A stretch of DNA of 64,000 bases from Oceanispirochaeta sp. (GTDB taxonomy: Bacteria > Spirochaetota > Spirochaetia > DSM-2461). How positions within the stretch are numbered: position 1 is the stretch's first letter; each line of letters opens with the position of its first letter. The notes below the pieces were generated by a model. It was not told the origin of the DNA. It ran no database searches and worked only from the letters and a program-made list of their open reading frames with translations. Where the stretch lies: assembly GCA_963663385.2 (NCBI GenBank), contig CAXXXD010000002.1:1440001-1504000 (forward strand). Direction: 5' to 3'. Positions 28,979-39,190 of the stretch are shown here, in pieces. The position numbers and the translations under genes are program-made.

Positions 28979-30131
28979 GGCAGGAGCTTCAAAAATGATG
29001 GATTTTACGAAAAAACCGGGAAGAACGACTCTTATCGGATTATTACTGACTCTGGCGCTGGTCTGGTCTGTTACTGCCGAACCGGTCTGGTCCGGCAATG
29101 CATCTGTGGATAGTACGGAATTTATCAATTTTGTTGAGGATACTCCTCTGGCAGGAGCCTCAAGTTCATTCACCAGAAATACGGTTGTGGAAGTAACAAA
29201 TCCCCAGAACGGCAGAACTATTGAGGTGACAATAGTAAAAAGGGCTCCCAGACCGGGTGTCTTTCTCGTTTTGAGCGGGCAGGCCGGAGAGGCGCTGGAT
29301 TTTCCCGCTGATCAGGTCATCCCCGTTCAGGTCCGTGTCGTAACCGATAAGGAGGAGTCGGGTTATGACAGCCGTTTTGAAAGTACGGATCCCGATATCA
29401 ATCCTGCCGTTAATCTGCCTGCCAGCGAAGCCTCTGCCCTGGTACCCCCCGATCCGGAAGGGACTGTGGTGTCCGGCGATACAGAAGCCGGGCTCTCCCT
29501 GACTGAGGCGGCAGAAGATATTCCTGTGGATTCAGAGATAAGGGATCTCCCTCCCGAGACAGATTCCTTTCTGGATGAACCTGTTCCGGTACCCCTTCCA
29601 GCCGAACCGGAAGAGCTGCTTGCTCTGGCAGAGGAGACTCCCGATAAAGGAGATGTTCTGCCGGAGGAAACAGAAGAGTCTGTTCCGGAGGTTGAAGTAA
29701 CAGAAACTCCCGTTATAGACAGCGTGGCGGAAGTTCCCGCAGAGTTGATCCCGGAAAATCCGGATGAAGACAATGTCATCTACTTTCTGACACCCTCTGA
29801 TTTCAGACCTCCCGTTGCTCCTGTTGAAACAGCGGAGGAAGAAATTGTACCAGTCTATGTGGAAAGGGACGTTCTGGAAGATCAAATCGCGGATCAGTTG
29901 AAAAACGGATCTTCCTATATTCAGCTGGGAGCTTATACAAGTGCGGAAATTGTGTATTCCGAAATGGAGAGTATCGCATCCCGGTACCCCATGATTGTAT
30001 GGACTGACAAGGTGGATAAAGAAACCGTATACAAGCTTCTGATCGGTCCTCTGACCAGTGATGAAACCGGTGTTCTGGTTTACCGTTTTCGGGCCGGGGG
30101 ATACCCCGATCTTTTTCTGTACAAACCCTGA
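28965..30131 (+). CDS. SPOR-domain protein with RlpA-like N-terminal domain and acidic linker
   Basis: VEVTNP.NGR.IEV.I (DPBB-like), YIQLGAY...YKLLIGP (SPOR). Confidence 0.75.
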   Translation: MNGIKAGASKMMDFTKKPGRTTLIGLLLTLALVWSVTAEPVWSGNASVDSTEFINFVEDTPLAGASSSFTRNTVVEVTNPQNGRTIEVTIVKRAPRPGVFLVLSGQAGEALDFPADQVIPVQVRVVTDKEESGYDSRFESTDPDINPAVNLPASEASALVPPDPEGTVVSGDTEAGLSLTEAAEDIPVDSEIRDLPPETDSFLDEPVPVPLPAEPEELLALAEETPDKGDVLPEETEESVPEVEVTETPVIDSVAEVPAELIPENPDEDNVIYFLTPSDFRPPVAPVETAEEEIVPVYVERDVLEDQIADQLKNGSSYIQLGAYTSAEIVYSEMESIASRYPMIVWTDKVDKETVYKLLIGPLTSDETGVLVYRFRAGGYPDLFLYKP

Positions 30132-30304
30132 TATTTTTAATTCTGATTCTTTTTTTGCCCCGGATACTTTTCCGGGGTATAATTTTTATAACTTTTAAAA
30201 ACTTCTTTTTTTTGCCTATGGACAATAAAGGACTATAACGGACATAATAGGTCATAAAGTGATTGAAATTATTCCCGTCAGACGGGTTGTATAAAGAGGT
30301 TCCC

Positions 30305-30766
30305 ATGAAATTAAAGGATGTTGTATCAAAAGAGTGCTGCTTTCTTCTGAACGAAAGCAGGAAAACCGAAGTCTTGATCGAAATGATGGAGCGTATCCAT
30401 GCCGAGGGATTGGTAGCTGATCTTGATAATCTGAAAAAAGAGATTTTTTACCGGGAGCAGCTGATGAGCACGGGGATCGGTGTCGGTATAGGGCTCCCCC
30501 ATGTCCGCTTCAAAGGGGTAGACAAACCGTTAATAGCTGTGGGACTTAAAAAAAGCGGCATAACCGATTATGAAAGTATCGATAAGGAAGATGTTAGAAT
30601 CGTTATTATGATAATTGTGGGAGAATTTCAGCATAAGGAACATATCCGCCTCCTTTCGCAGGTTATGGAGAAACTCAAAGAGAAGGAAGATCGGGAAACT
30701 CTCATTCAGTCTGAAAACTCTGAAGAAATCTACAACTTCCTCACAGGAGAAAATGAAAATGACTGA
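30305..30766 (+). CDS. PTS EIIA (Ntr/fructose-type) domain protein
   Basis: RE..MSTGIG.GI.LPH motif; start ATG 30305 after GAGG. Confidence 0.88.
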   Translation: MKLKDVVSKECCFLLNESRKTEVLIEMMERIHAEGLVADLDNLKKEIFYREQLMSTGIGVGIGLPHVRFKGVDKPLIAVGLKKSGITDYESIDKEDVRIVIMIIVGEFQHKEHIRLLSQVMEKLKEKEDRETLIQSENSEEIYNFLTGENEND

Positions 30767-32420
30767 GATTCTGACAGGGCATATAAATATCATCCTGCTG
30801 CTCGGAGTTGTTCTTTCCCTGGGTACTCTGGGGGGGAGATTCTTTCAGTTTCTTAAAATCCCGCAGGTTGTGGGTTATATTGTTATTGGTATTATTCTGG
30901 GGCAATCCGGAATAAAAATGATCAATATCAATATTGTGGAAGATCTGAAATACTTCAGCTCCTTTGCTCTGGCTATCATCGGGTTTATGATAGGCGGGGA
31001 ATTGAAAATCAAGGTGCTGAAGAAATATGGCAAGCAGTTTGCCTGGATACTTTTTCTTGAGGCATTTGTCGCTTTCCTGGTTGTCTCCGTGCTTATCACA
31101 TTTGCCGCCATGTTCCTTTTTCATGATATAAAACTGGCTGTTTCTCTTGGTCTTCTTCTGGGAGCCATCTCCTCGGCAACCGCCCCGGCGGCAACTACCG
31201 ATGTTCTTTGGGAGAATAAAACCCGCGGCCCTCTTACCTCTACGGTACTGGGGCTTGTAGCCATGGATGACGGTGTGGCTCTGCTCCTTTTTGCAGTAGC
31301 TACGAGTGTAGCAGGTGCTCTTACAGGGGAAGTAACAGTCAGTCTCGGTATCAGCATTCTCAAACTGGTTTATGAAGTAGGTGTTGCCATACTGCTTGGT
31401 TCCTTCATGGGCTGGTCCCTGTCCAAACTCATCCGCGGCTATATAGAAGAGGATAAAATCCTGGTTTTCTCTATCGGGGCCATCCTTCTTATTATCGGTC
31501 TGACTCAGCTTCTGGAACTGGATATGATACTCTGTGCCATGTCCATGGGTTTTTTTATGTCAAACTTCTCTCCCAAAAGGAGTAAAGTCCTTTTTTCTCT
31601 GGTCGAGAAATTTGCGCCTCCCATCTATGTTCTGTTTTTTGTGCTGGTGGGAGCCAAACTGAATATATGGGCCATAACAGGTCTTGTAGCTGTGCTGGCT
31701 ATTCTTTTTCTGATAGGCCGGACCGGGGGAAAGTTTCTGGGTGCTTTTATGGGAGCCAAAATCTCCCATGCTCCCGACAGTGTGAGAAAATACCTTCCTT
31801 TCTGTCTTCTCAGTCAGGCAGGTGTGGCTGTCGGTCTGTCCATTGTGGCGGGACAGACATTTCAGGGGCCCCTGGGCAATATTATTGTTATGGTTGTTAC
31901 CACTTCCACCTTTATCGTACAGATCCTGGGACCTCCCTTTGTAAAATACGCTGTAAAACAGGCTGGAGAGATCGGTCTGAATATAACAGAGGATGATCTA
32001 CTGAAGCAGAGTAAAGCGTCGGATATGATGCATCCCGTACCTTCCATAAAGGAAAATCAGTCCATCAGCGATGTTCTGGCTCATTTCAGTGAATACGATA
32101 ATCTGATTTATCCTGTGATCGATCAGTCCGATAATCTGGCGGGAGTCATTACCATCGATCACCTGAAAGATACTTTTATGGCCTCCGGGCTTTCCGGATT
32201 TCTTCTGGCCCATGATATTACCGTTCCGGTTCTGTGCAGCTGCCGGGAAGATACTCCGGCGGAAGAGGTTTACCAGCTGATGAAAAAACATAATATCGAT
32301 TACATTCCGGTAACGGACAAACAGAATCGTGCAGTGGGTGTTGTGGAGAAGCGGATTGCCCAGAAACTGTTTTCACTGAGGATAATGGAGCTGCGTCAGA
32401 AAGCCGATGCCCTCGGCTGA
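30753..32420 (+). CDS. Cation:proton antiporter (CPA2-like) with C-terminal CBS pair
   Basis: IPQVVGYI..G, ATAPAAT, AMDD, SQAGVAVGL; two CBS repeats; start 30753 or 30759. Confidence 0.88.
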   Translation: MKMTEILTGHINIILLLGVVLSLGTLGGRFFQFLKIPQVVGYIVIGIILGQSGIKMININIVEDLKYFSSFALAIIGFMIGGELKIKVLKKYGKQFAWILFLEAFVAFLVVSVLITFAAMFLFHDIKLAVSLGLLLGAISSATAPAATTDVLWENKTRGPLTSTVLGLVAMDDGVALLLFAVATSVAGALTGEVTVSLGISILKLVYEVGVAILLGSFMGWSLSKLIRGYIEEDKILVFSIGAILLIIGLTQLLELDMILCAMSMGFFMSNFSPKRSKVLFSLVEKFAPPIYVLFFVLVGAKLNIWAITGLVAVLAILFLIGRTGGKFLGAFMGAKISHAPDSVRKYLPFCLLSQAGVAVGLSIVAGQTFQGPLGNIIVMVVTTSTFIVQILGPPFVKYAVKQAGEIGLNITEDDLLKQSKASDMMHPVPSIKENQSISDVLAHFSEYDNLIYPVIDQSDNLAGVITIDHLKDTFMASGLSGFLLAHDITVPVLCSCREDTPAEEVYQLMKKHNIDYIPVTDKQNRAVGVVEKRIAQKLFSLRIMELRQKADALG

Positions 32421-32443
32421 TTAATAGCGGGAGAAAAAGAAAA

Positions 32444-33217
32444 ATGCCGGCTGTCGGGGAAATGGATGAAATCCTAAAAAATTTTAATCTCAGCGAGGGG
32501 GATCTGGCCGAATACCTCAATAAAAAAGGCTGGGGAGTCGAACATCCCTCAACATTCAGGATTGACCTGGAGACAGATTTTCTGGCTTTGTGGGAAAAGG
32601 CTGTACCTTTCACAATGATCTCCATGGAAAGGGGATATGCTGTCTATCAGGCTGTGAATTATATTCTGAAAAATGATCTGCCCGGTGATTTTGTTGAATG
32701 CGGGGTATGGAAAGGCGGCAGCTGTATGCTGATGGCCCTGACTCTGATGGAATCCGGAGTTCAGGACAGGGCAATATGGCTGTACGATACTTTTAAGGGA
32801 ATGACCGAACCCGGTGATAATGACCGCATCTCATCCACGGGACAGGCTGTTTCCGAACGCTGGGAGGAGGGCTGGTGGGCCGTCAGTCCCGGAATGGTAG
32901 AAGCCAATCTTAAAAAAACGGGTTATCCCATGGAGAAATTCCGATTTGTCGAGGGGGATGTCTGTGAAACCCTGAAGATCAGCAGGCCGGAGGCTGTTTC
33001 CCTGCTTCGGCTGGATACGGACTGGTATGAATCCACCAGATTTGAGCTGGAAATACTGTACCCTCTTCTTAAGGAGAAAGGGGTTCTTATTATTGATGAC
33101 TACGGGCATTTCAGCGGATCACGCCTGGCGGTGGATGAGTACTTTGCAAACAGAACCCTGCCGCTCCTGCAGCGCAGTGATTATACAGGGCGTCTCGCTC
33201 TGAAACCGGGTCCTTAG
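32444..33217 (+). CDS. TylF/MycF family O-methyltransferase
   Basis: GDFVECGVWKGGS, LYDTF.GM, LRLDTDWYEST, IDDYG. Confidence 0.9.
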   Translation: MPAVGEMDEILKNFNLSEGDLAEYLNKKGWGVEHPSTFRIDLETDFLALWEKAVPFTMISMERGYAVYQAVNYILKNDLPGDFVECGVWKGGSCMLMALTLMESGVQDRAIWLYDTFKGMTEPGDNDRISSTGQAVSERWEEGWWAVSPGMVEANLKKTGYPMEKFRFVEGDVCETLKISRPEAVSLLRLDTDWYESTRFELEILYPLLKEKGVLIIDDYGHFSGSRLAVDEYFANRTLPLLQRSDYTGRLALKPGP

Positions 33218-33226
33218 CCTGGAATT

Positions 33227-34354
33227 TCAAGCCTCAAATGCCAGGGTATGCCTGTAATGGAACAGAAGTTCCAGAAAAGCCCTGTTCTGTAAAGGATCTT
33301 CTCTGAAGTAATACAGGTGGGAGGAGCAATGGCAGTCACTGCTTCCAAAACCTTTGATTTCATCTTCCGCGATCTTTTTCATATCCCCGGCCAGGGAACA
33401 CTCCAGATTTTTAACAGTATAGATTGGAAAGGCTTTTACCTTTATCGCTTCTCCCAGAAGGCGGTCTGCGTGCCAGTGGTACTTCTTTCTTTTTCTGAGA
33501 TGCCGGTCAACCCGGGACTTGAGGTTGGTCGCAGCTGATCCGACATAGATGTAATACCCTTTTTTAAAATCAATCTCACCCAGGCTGCCAACGGCAAGAC
33601 TTTTTCTGTCCATAGTGATTAGAAGCAGGTAGATCCCGCTGTTATTATCAGCAGCCGAAGTCAGATCGGTCCTGACGGGAATCCCGGTAGATACCAGATC
33701 TAATTCACCTGCTGCATCGCAAATAGTGCTGACACCGTGAAAATGGACATGAGGAGCTGTCTCGGATACTGTTCTGGCAAACTCCGGATCAGTATGGAGA
33801 TTAGGGATAAACTGTCTGGTTCCGGGATTCATGATAACAAAGACCACATGCCCTTCCATATTATCATTTCCCCGGCTTATAACGGCCAGTTCCTTCAGAT
33901 GGCGGGAGGCGCGGGCAGAGGGGGCATCTGGAAACATGGCAACCCCCTCTTCAATAAGAGTACAGGCCTTTACTTCGAGGAATATCTCTTTTTCGCCCGA
34001 AAAAAAGTGCCAGTCAAAGCGGGAGTGACCCCATTTGTATTCAGCTTTTATCTCCCTGGCTTCGGGAAAAAGGCGGGGGATGATCAGTTCTCCGGCAACC
34101 TCATTGGCTTTGGCGGAGAAGAGGGGAACGGTTTCTCCCCTGTATTCAGCCGCAACCAGGGTCCAGGCTGTTTTCCGGGAGGAATCCCTGCTTTTTTCCA
34201 GGATCATCTTTCTGCCGGGATTCATTAGCTCAATCAGACGCCCCGGGTTGGGGCAGTGGGCCCTAACGGGCCCCTCGGGAAGCTGAACGTGTACTATAAA
34301 ACGGTTGGGTCGTTCGAGGAGTGTTCCTTCCGCATCAGCCGAAAATATCTTCAT
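33227..34354 (-). CDS. sfsA: SfsA nuclease fused to GIY-YIG (DUF123-like) domain
   Basis: RPNRF, HCPNPGRL.E, EVK..TL, FPDAP..R..RHL.EL; then GIY.L, GYYIYVGSA, R..RH, HWH.D, GFGSSDC.C.SHL. Confidence 0.85.
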   Translation of the reverse strand: MKIFSADAEGTLLERPNRFIVHVQLPEGPVRAHCPNPGRLIELMNPGRKMILEKSRDSSRKTAWTLVAAEYRGETVPLFSAKANEVAGELIIPRLFPEAREIKAEYKWGHSRFDWHFFSGEKEIFLEVKACTLIEEGVAMFPDAPSARASRHLKELAVISRGNDNMEGHVVFVIMNPGTRQFIPNLHTDPEFARTVSETAPHVHFHGVSTICDAAGELDLVSTGIPVRTDLTSAADNNSGIYLLLITMDRKSLAVGSLGEIDFKKGYYIYVGSAATNLKSRVDRHLRKRKKYHWHADRLLGEAIKVKAFPIYTVKNLECSLAGDMKKIAEDEIKGFGSSDCHCSSHLYYFREDPLQNRAFLELLFHYRHTLAFEA

Positions 34355-34357
34355 GGT

Positions 34358-34912
34358 CTACTCTGTCAGCAGTTCCATTATTGTCCGGGCAATAGCGGGA
34401 TCATCCCAGTCTGTTCCCCCGATGCGGACGGCAGTCACCCGGCCTGCTTTATCAATCAGATAGGAAGCAGGAAGCCCTTCCAGTTTATACGCATCAAGGG
34501 CATCTCCGTCAGGGAAATAGAATACGGGGATGGTGATATCTGTTTCTTTCAGAAAGCTGCTGACTGTGGAAATTTCCTCATTCATGTTAATTGAAGCCAG
34601 CAGAAAATCCGTATCCTGAAGTCTTGCTGAAAGGCGCTGGAGTGAAGGCTGTTCAGTTCGGCTGGGAGGACTCCAGCTGACCCAGAAATTCAGAAGCGTC
34701 ACCCGTCCTTTAAAAGGAAGGAGTATTCTGTCTGCTGTATCTGCCGGAAAGTTTTCTACCGGGAGAACAGAGATGACAGGCGCATCTGTTCGTGTCGCCG
34801 GTATGGAGAAACCTTTTGATTTCAGGCGGACCATATCCGCTTCTGCCCGGAGTTGCGGCTGAAGCACGATCAGATAAAGAAAAAAAAGGGCCGATGCCTT
34901 TAGGATTTTCAT
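34358..34912 (-). CDS. TlpA/ResA-like thioredoxin-fold protein with SxxS instead of CxxC
   Basis: KG.V.LLNFW.SWSPPSR.E.P, LP.SYLIDK.G. Confidence 0.8.
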   Translation of the reverse strand: MKILKASALFFLYLIVLQPQLRAEADMVRLKSKGFSIPATRTDAPVISVLPVENFPADTADRILLPFKGRVTLLNFWVSWSPPSRTEQPSLQRLSARLQDTDFLLASINMNEEISTVSSFLKETDITIPVFYFPDGDALDAYKLEGLPASYLIDKAGRVTAVRIGGTDWDDPAIARTIMELLTE

Positions 34913-35643
34913 ATTTTCATTCCTTCTGTAAAAAAGTTTAACAGTATCTGGATAAAATTCAAAAGGGCATGGGCCGGGATGAGAGAAAAAAGCGAGGCTC
35001 CCTTCTGTATCCTGGATACCAGAAACAGGCCTGCCGCAAAAGCATAAAGCAGACCCGGGACTCCCTGGTAAAGATGACCGGCGCTGAATAGAACCGTAGA
35101 TATAAACATGGCTTTTGAAGGGGATATACCGGACTGAAGCAGTCTGTTATAGGCATAGCCCCTAAAGAAAATTTCTTCCTGAAGAGCACTGAAAAGGCAT
35201 GTGACCGCTGCCGGAATCAGCATAGGAGCTTTGGTAATAAGAACAGGTTTTTCCGGATTTCTGAAGACTCCTTCCCGGGGAAGCAGAGCGGATAAACCGG
35301 CTGAAATGACAAGATAAATCAGTGCCAGTCCTCCCAGGGTCAGGAGAAACTCACGGAACCGGGGGACTCCCAGACAATCCGCTACTTGATCCTGACGGCC
35401 AGACGGGATATTCTCCCATAAGTAATATATAAACAGGGAGTATACGGTCGAGAGCAGGATCATCTGGATATGAACGCCCGGAATATCGAAGAACCCCCGG
35501 ATGAATCCAGTCCCCTGATTCAGGTATGAAGGGAGATAGAGGATCACAAACAGTAGAGGCAGTTCCGCTTTAAGAGGGATCTGAAGTTTTTTATCCCGGA
35601 AGTTCAATTTTAATCCTTTATAGTAACAGTCAGGTTTTATCAT
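34909..35643 (-). CDS. CPBP (Abi/CAAX) family intramembrane metalloprotease
   Basis: EE.FFRGY, F...HLYQG, AH...N. Confidence 0.85.
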   Translation of the reverse strand: MIKPDCYYKGLKLNFRDKKLQIPLKAELPLLFVILYLPSYLNQGTGFIRGFFDIPGVHIQMILLSTVYSLFIYYLWENIPSGRQDQVADCLGVPRFREFLLTLGGLALIYLVISAGLSALLPREGVFRNPEKPVLITKAPMLIPAAVTCLFSALQEEIFFRGYAYNRLLQSGISPSKAMFISTVLFSAGHLYQGVPGLLYAFAAGLFLVSRIQKGASLFSLIPAHALLNFIQILLNFFTEGMKI

Positions 35644-35730
35644 ATCCTTTGTGGTGAAAAAAACAAAGACTGTGATAAAATGAATATTATTTGTTCTTAC
35701 ACGATTATATGCCGAAGATTTAAGTATTAA

Positions 35731-36891
35731 ATGAGTATTTTGAATATTCTCCTTACAGTGTTAATTATTGCGTCAGCAATCCCTCTCTTGTTCAGCCTGC
35801 GGAAAGGATTCAGGAGTATTAACTGGATAGAGTTTTATTCGACAGGGAAAGATGCCGGTTTCAGTTTCAAAGAAATCGGACTGCTTCGAAAAACGGCCGT
35901 TATTAACAGGCATCAAAAGCCTTCATCCCTCTTCTGGTCTCTTGATGTTCTGGATAAATCCATTGCGGGCATTCATAAAAAAAAGGAGATGGAAAAGGAT
36001 CCGGATGAAGTCGAATACCTGGATTACCTGCTCAAGAAAATTTATGTCTACAGAAAAAAAATAGAATTCCAGAAACCCCGTTACAACAGGGGATTGGAAA
36101 CCACCTGGGAAATCCCCCTGAATCAGGTGTTAAAACTGAAAGTTGATATGGTAGGTGTATACGAATGTTCTGTTATAGAGAATAACCGTAACTACCTGCT
36201 GATAACCTACCCGAAGGGACCTCCTCTGCCGGTCGGCTTCAGCTGGCGTGACAGAAATCTCAATGTCTACTTCTGGAAAAAGGAAGATGCCGGGTATTTT
36301 TTTCAGGCCAGGATAATGGAGGGGTATCCGGACAGGAAGTTCCAGACATTGAGGATGACCCAGTCCGATGTTGTCCTGCGGAGTCAGAAAAGAAAATCTG
36401 TCCGGACCGCCTGTGAAATCCCCGCTCAGCTCTACCCTGTAAGAAGTGTCCATACCGCGACAATCATCCCCGAATCCAAACCGGGGCTGCGCTGTATGCT
36501 TCGGGATCTTTCGGAAGACGGTGCGTCACTGCTCATCGGAGGCCGCGGGGAAAAGAGCATGAGTTTGAAGATCCAGTTTGAACTGTACGGGAAGACTGCC
36601 GTTATGAGAGGGGTTGTCCGTACCATCGATTATGATGCTGAAAAGAACATCTCCTGCCTTCACATACAGGCTCTTGAGCCTGATGAGGAGTCCAAATATC
36701 TGATACTTTCCTTCGTCTATAATATTTTCAGGGATGACGAGAAGAAAACCAGTCCTGTTGAATCTCTCGACAGGGAGCCCGACGGGGAAGTTGAGCTGAA
36801 AACCGATAAAAACTCCGACGGTCTGGAAGCTCTTGAGACACTGGAACCCATAGAAGAGGAATTACCTCTTTTAAATTCGGAAGAGGAGTAA
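35731..36891 (+). CDS. PilZ-domain (flagellar brake-like) c-di-GMP receptor
   Basis: QKRKSVR (RxxxR) and DLSEDG (DxSxxG). Confidence 0.82.
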   Translation: MSILNILLTVLIIASAIPLLFSLRKGFRSINWIEFYSTGKDAGFSFKEIGLLRKTAVINRHQKPSSLFWSLDVLDKSIAGIHKKKEMEKDPDEVEYLDYLLKKIYVYRKKIEFQKPRYNRGLETTWEIPLNQVLKLKVDMVGVYECSVIENNRNYLLITYPKGPPLPVGFSWRDRNLNVYFWKKEDAGYFFQARIMEGYPDRKFQTLRMTQSDVVLRSQKRKSVRTACEIPAQLYPVRSVHTATIIPESKPGLRCMLRDLSEDGASLLIGGRGEKSMSLKIQFELYGKTAVMRGVVRTIDYDAEKNISCLHIQALEPDEESKYLILSFVYNIFRDDEKKTSPVESLDREPDGEVELKTDKNSDGLEALETLEPIEEELPLLNSEEE

Positions 36892-37008
36892 TCTTCCGAG
36901 ATTTCTTTACTTTTTCTTTCAATCATATTAAGGTTGATTTCATCTGACTACCATTATAGCGCTCGATACAGGGGGAGGCCCCGATCAAGTAATAGGAGAT
37001 TGAAATCA

Positions 37009-37890
37009 ATGCTAAAATCCCTGAAGAAATGTGGAATGCTGCTGCTGATCGCATCTGTTTTCGGTTGTGCGACCACACCGGGCACAGTTGAAGAGAAACC
37101 TTCAGAAAAAGTAACAACCAATGAAGTAAAGGTTGAGAAAGAGAAGGAGCCCGAATGGGTAACTGTCACGGTAGATGAGTTTTTTATTTCACAGGAAACA
37201 ATCCAGTACGGAGACGGCTTTGTTGACGGGTATAAACTGTATGAATACGATGATAACGGATTGATTCAAAAACAATCCCAGATTGGTTCTGATGAATCGA
37301 TCATCTCTGAAGAATTTTTCTATTATGAGGGAGATCTGCTTGTCCGCAGTGAGTACTACTCCGGAAATGAAATGATATCCCAGTCCCTCTACTCTTATAA
37401 CGGAAAGAAACAGCTTGTTGAAGAATCCTTTATGGACCCCAAAGGTGATCTGCAGGGCGTTTCCTCCTATGAATATGATGAATCAGGAAGAAAAACCAAA
37501 TGGATATCCGGTGACAGCGGGGGGATCCCCATGATGTATACCGAGTATGAATACGATGAAAACGGTATTATCAGGATGAGCTACTTCCTCCCGACAGGCG
37601 AGATGGAAGGGTATACACAGATGATATATAAAGAAAATGTTCTTGTGGAGGAAGCTACTTATTCCGCCTCTTCCAAACTGGAGAAAAAAACAGAGTATGT
37701 CTATAATGAGGGCCGTCTGATGAAATCTCTTTACTATTTTGGTAAGAATCTTTCCCGCACCATTGAGCGCAGCTATGATGAAAACGGGAATGTATCAGAA
37801 CTGAAAACCCTGAACCGAAATGGTGATATTACAGATGTTGTTATTAAAGAGTATGTTGCAATTCCTGTTACGAAACAGGTTCTGATGTAG
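37009..37890 (+). CDS. Lipoprotein with YD-like (YxYDxxG) repeats
   Basis: Lipobox VFGC; repeated YEYDDNG/YEYDESG/YEYDENG; start ATG 37009 (or TTG 37000). Confidence 0.75.
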   Translation: MLKSLKKCGMLLLIASVFGCATTPGTVEEKPSEKVTTNEVKVEKEKEPEWVTVTVDEFFISQETIQYGDGFVDGYKLYEYDDNGLIQKQSQIGSDESIISEEFFYYEGDLLVRSEYYSGNEMISQSLYSYNGKKQLVEESFMDPKGDLQGVSSYEYDESGRKTKWISGDSGGIPMMYTEYEYDENGIIRMSYFLPTGEMEGYTQMIYKENVLVEEATYSASSKLEKKTEYVYNEGRLMKSLYYFGKNLSRTIERSYDENGNVSELKTLNRNGDITDVVIKEYVAIPVTKQVLM

Positions 37891-37899
37891 GAGGGACAA

Positions 37900-39081
37900 A
37901 TGAGAAATATCTTCAGAATAACACTTTCCCTTTTACTGCTCATGGGAGGATCTTCCCTGTTTGCCGGAGACCAGGCTGAAGTCTGGAGCCGGCTCTATCG
38001 CCGGGCCATATCCACAGAGCAGAAGGAGATGATCCTTAAGAATATAGTCCAGATAGATGACCGTGCCTTCGAGCCGGTATTGATTGAAGCTCTGGAAGAG
38101 ATGAACGGCAATCAGGAAAAGTTCCGTGGTGACATCGCTCTTATGGTCAAATGGGTTGATATGACAAGGCTGATTGTTAAAGAGCTGGGCGAGCTGAAAA
38201 GCCTTGATGCGGAAGATCAGATCTTTTTTGTTGTCACCCATACAGACGATCCCCTGCTTATTGCGGATGCCCTGGTAGCTCTCGGTAATATCCGGTCAGT
38301 CAAATACGCCCCGGATATTGCTACTATTCTCCGGAATCTGAACTTCAATACCCAGAAAGAGAACAGGGATAATGCGGAAATTCAGGCTTACGGCGCTGTA
38401 ATGGCTCTTCAGAAAATGCGGGAACCCGTTGGGTTTGAACCTGTGTTTTACTCCTATATCGGATGGTATTCCAAACGGACAAAAAATCTGGCGGGGGAAG
38501 CATTAAAGTATATTACCGAAGATCCTACCGAACCAGTCATGAGCATTATGGAAGAAGCGGATTATGATGTGAAGAAAACCGCTCTTATGGTAGAAAAAGA
38601 CTCTTCCGCTCCTGCAGCTAATAAAAACAGAGTAGCCATCCTTGGTCTGGAAGAAGGTCTGAAATATCAGACTACCGATAGAATCGAACAGGATGAACTG
38701 TCCAAGCTCAGGATTGAGGCAATCAAGATTCTAATCGAAAGTGAATCAAAGGATGATCCTGCTGTTCCTTTCCTCAAAGAGATATTCAGAAGGAATCATG
38801 ATGTAAATGAATCCCTTTATGCTCTTTATGCGCTTGGTGTAATTGGATCCGACAGCGCCCTGGAAGTCCTGACCGATAATCTGGCCAAATATAATCAGAG
38901 ACAGCAGGATGGTTTAAAGGCTACCCGGGAAGAGCTGGAGTTTATCAAACAGATTATCAAGTCAATAGGGATGTCCGGTAATCAGCTGGGAATGGGCGTT
39001 CTGACAGAAGTGCAGTTCTCCGATTATACGCCGGCTATTAACCGTCTGGCCAAAGAAGCCATCAATGCATTGGGAGGCTGA
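37900..39081 (+). CDS. Exported HEAT-repeat protein
   Basis: Signal peptide; AL.ALG helical repeats. Confidence 0.75.
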   Translation: MRNIFRITLSLLLLMGGSSLFAGDQAEVWSRLYRRAISTEQKEMILKNIVQIDDRAFEPVLIEALEEMNGNQEKFRGDIALMVKWVDMTRLIVKELGELKSLDAEDQIFFVVTHTDDPLLIADALVALGNIRSVKYAPDIATILRNLNFNTQKENRDNAEIQAYGAVMALQKMREPVGFEPVFYSYIGWYSKRTKNLAGEALKYITEDPTEPVMSIMEEADYDVKKTALMVEKDSSAPAANKNRVAILGLEEGLKYQTTDRIEQDELSKLRIEAIKILIESESKDDPAVPFLKEIFRRNHDVNESLYALYALGVIGSDSALEVLTDNLAKYNQRQQDGLKATREELEFIKQIIKSIGMSGNQLGMGVLTEVQFSDYTPAINRLAKEAINALGG

Positions 39082-39130
39082 CACCGGGTTGATTTTCCGG
39101 TTTAAGACTTCCCCTAACTGAAAATGGACC

Positions 39131-39157
39131 GCCGCGGGTAAAACCGCGGTTTTTTTG
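39131..39157 (+). terminator. Intrinsic terminator
   Basis: CCGCGG-GTAAAA-CCGCGG-TTTTTTT. Confidence 0.7.
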
Positions 39158-39190
39158 AAGCAGTCCGAAGAGATTTTCAGTTAAACTGAT

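Noticed and set aside
30615..30752. Long N-terminal extensions in the ORF track for the antiporter (also rsmA from 40554, TPR genes from 46146 and 52135)
   Set aside because: They overlap upstream genes extensively; downstream starts give canonical protein N-termini.
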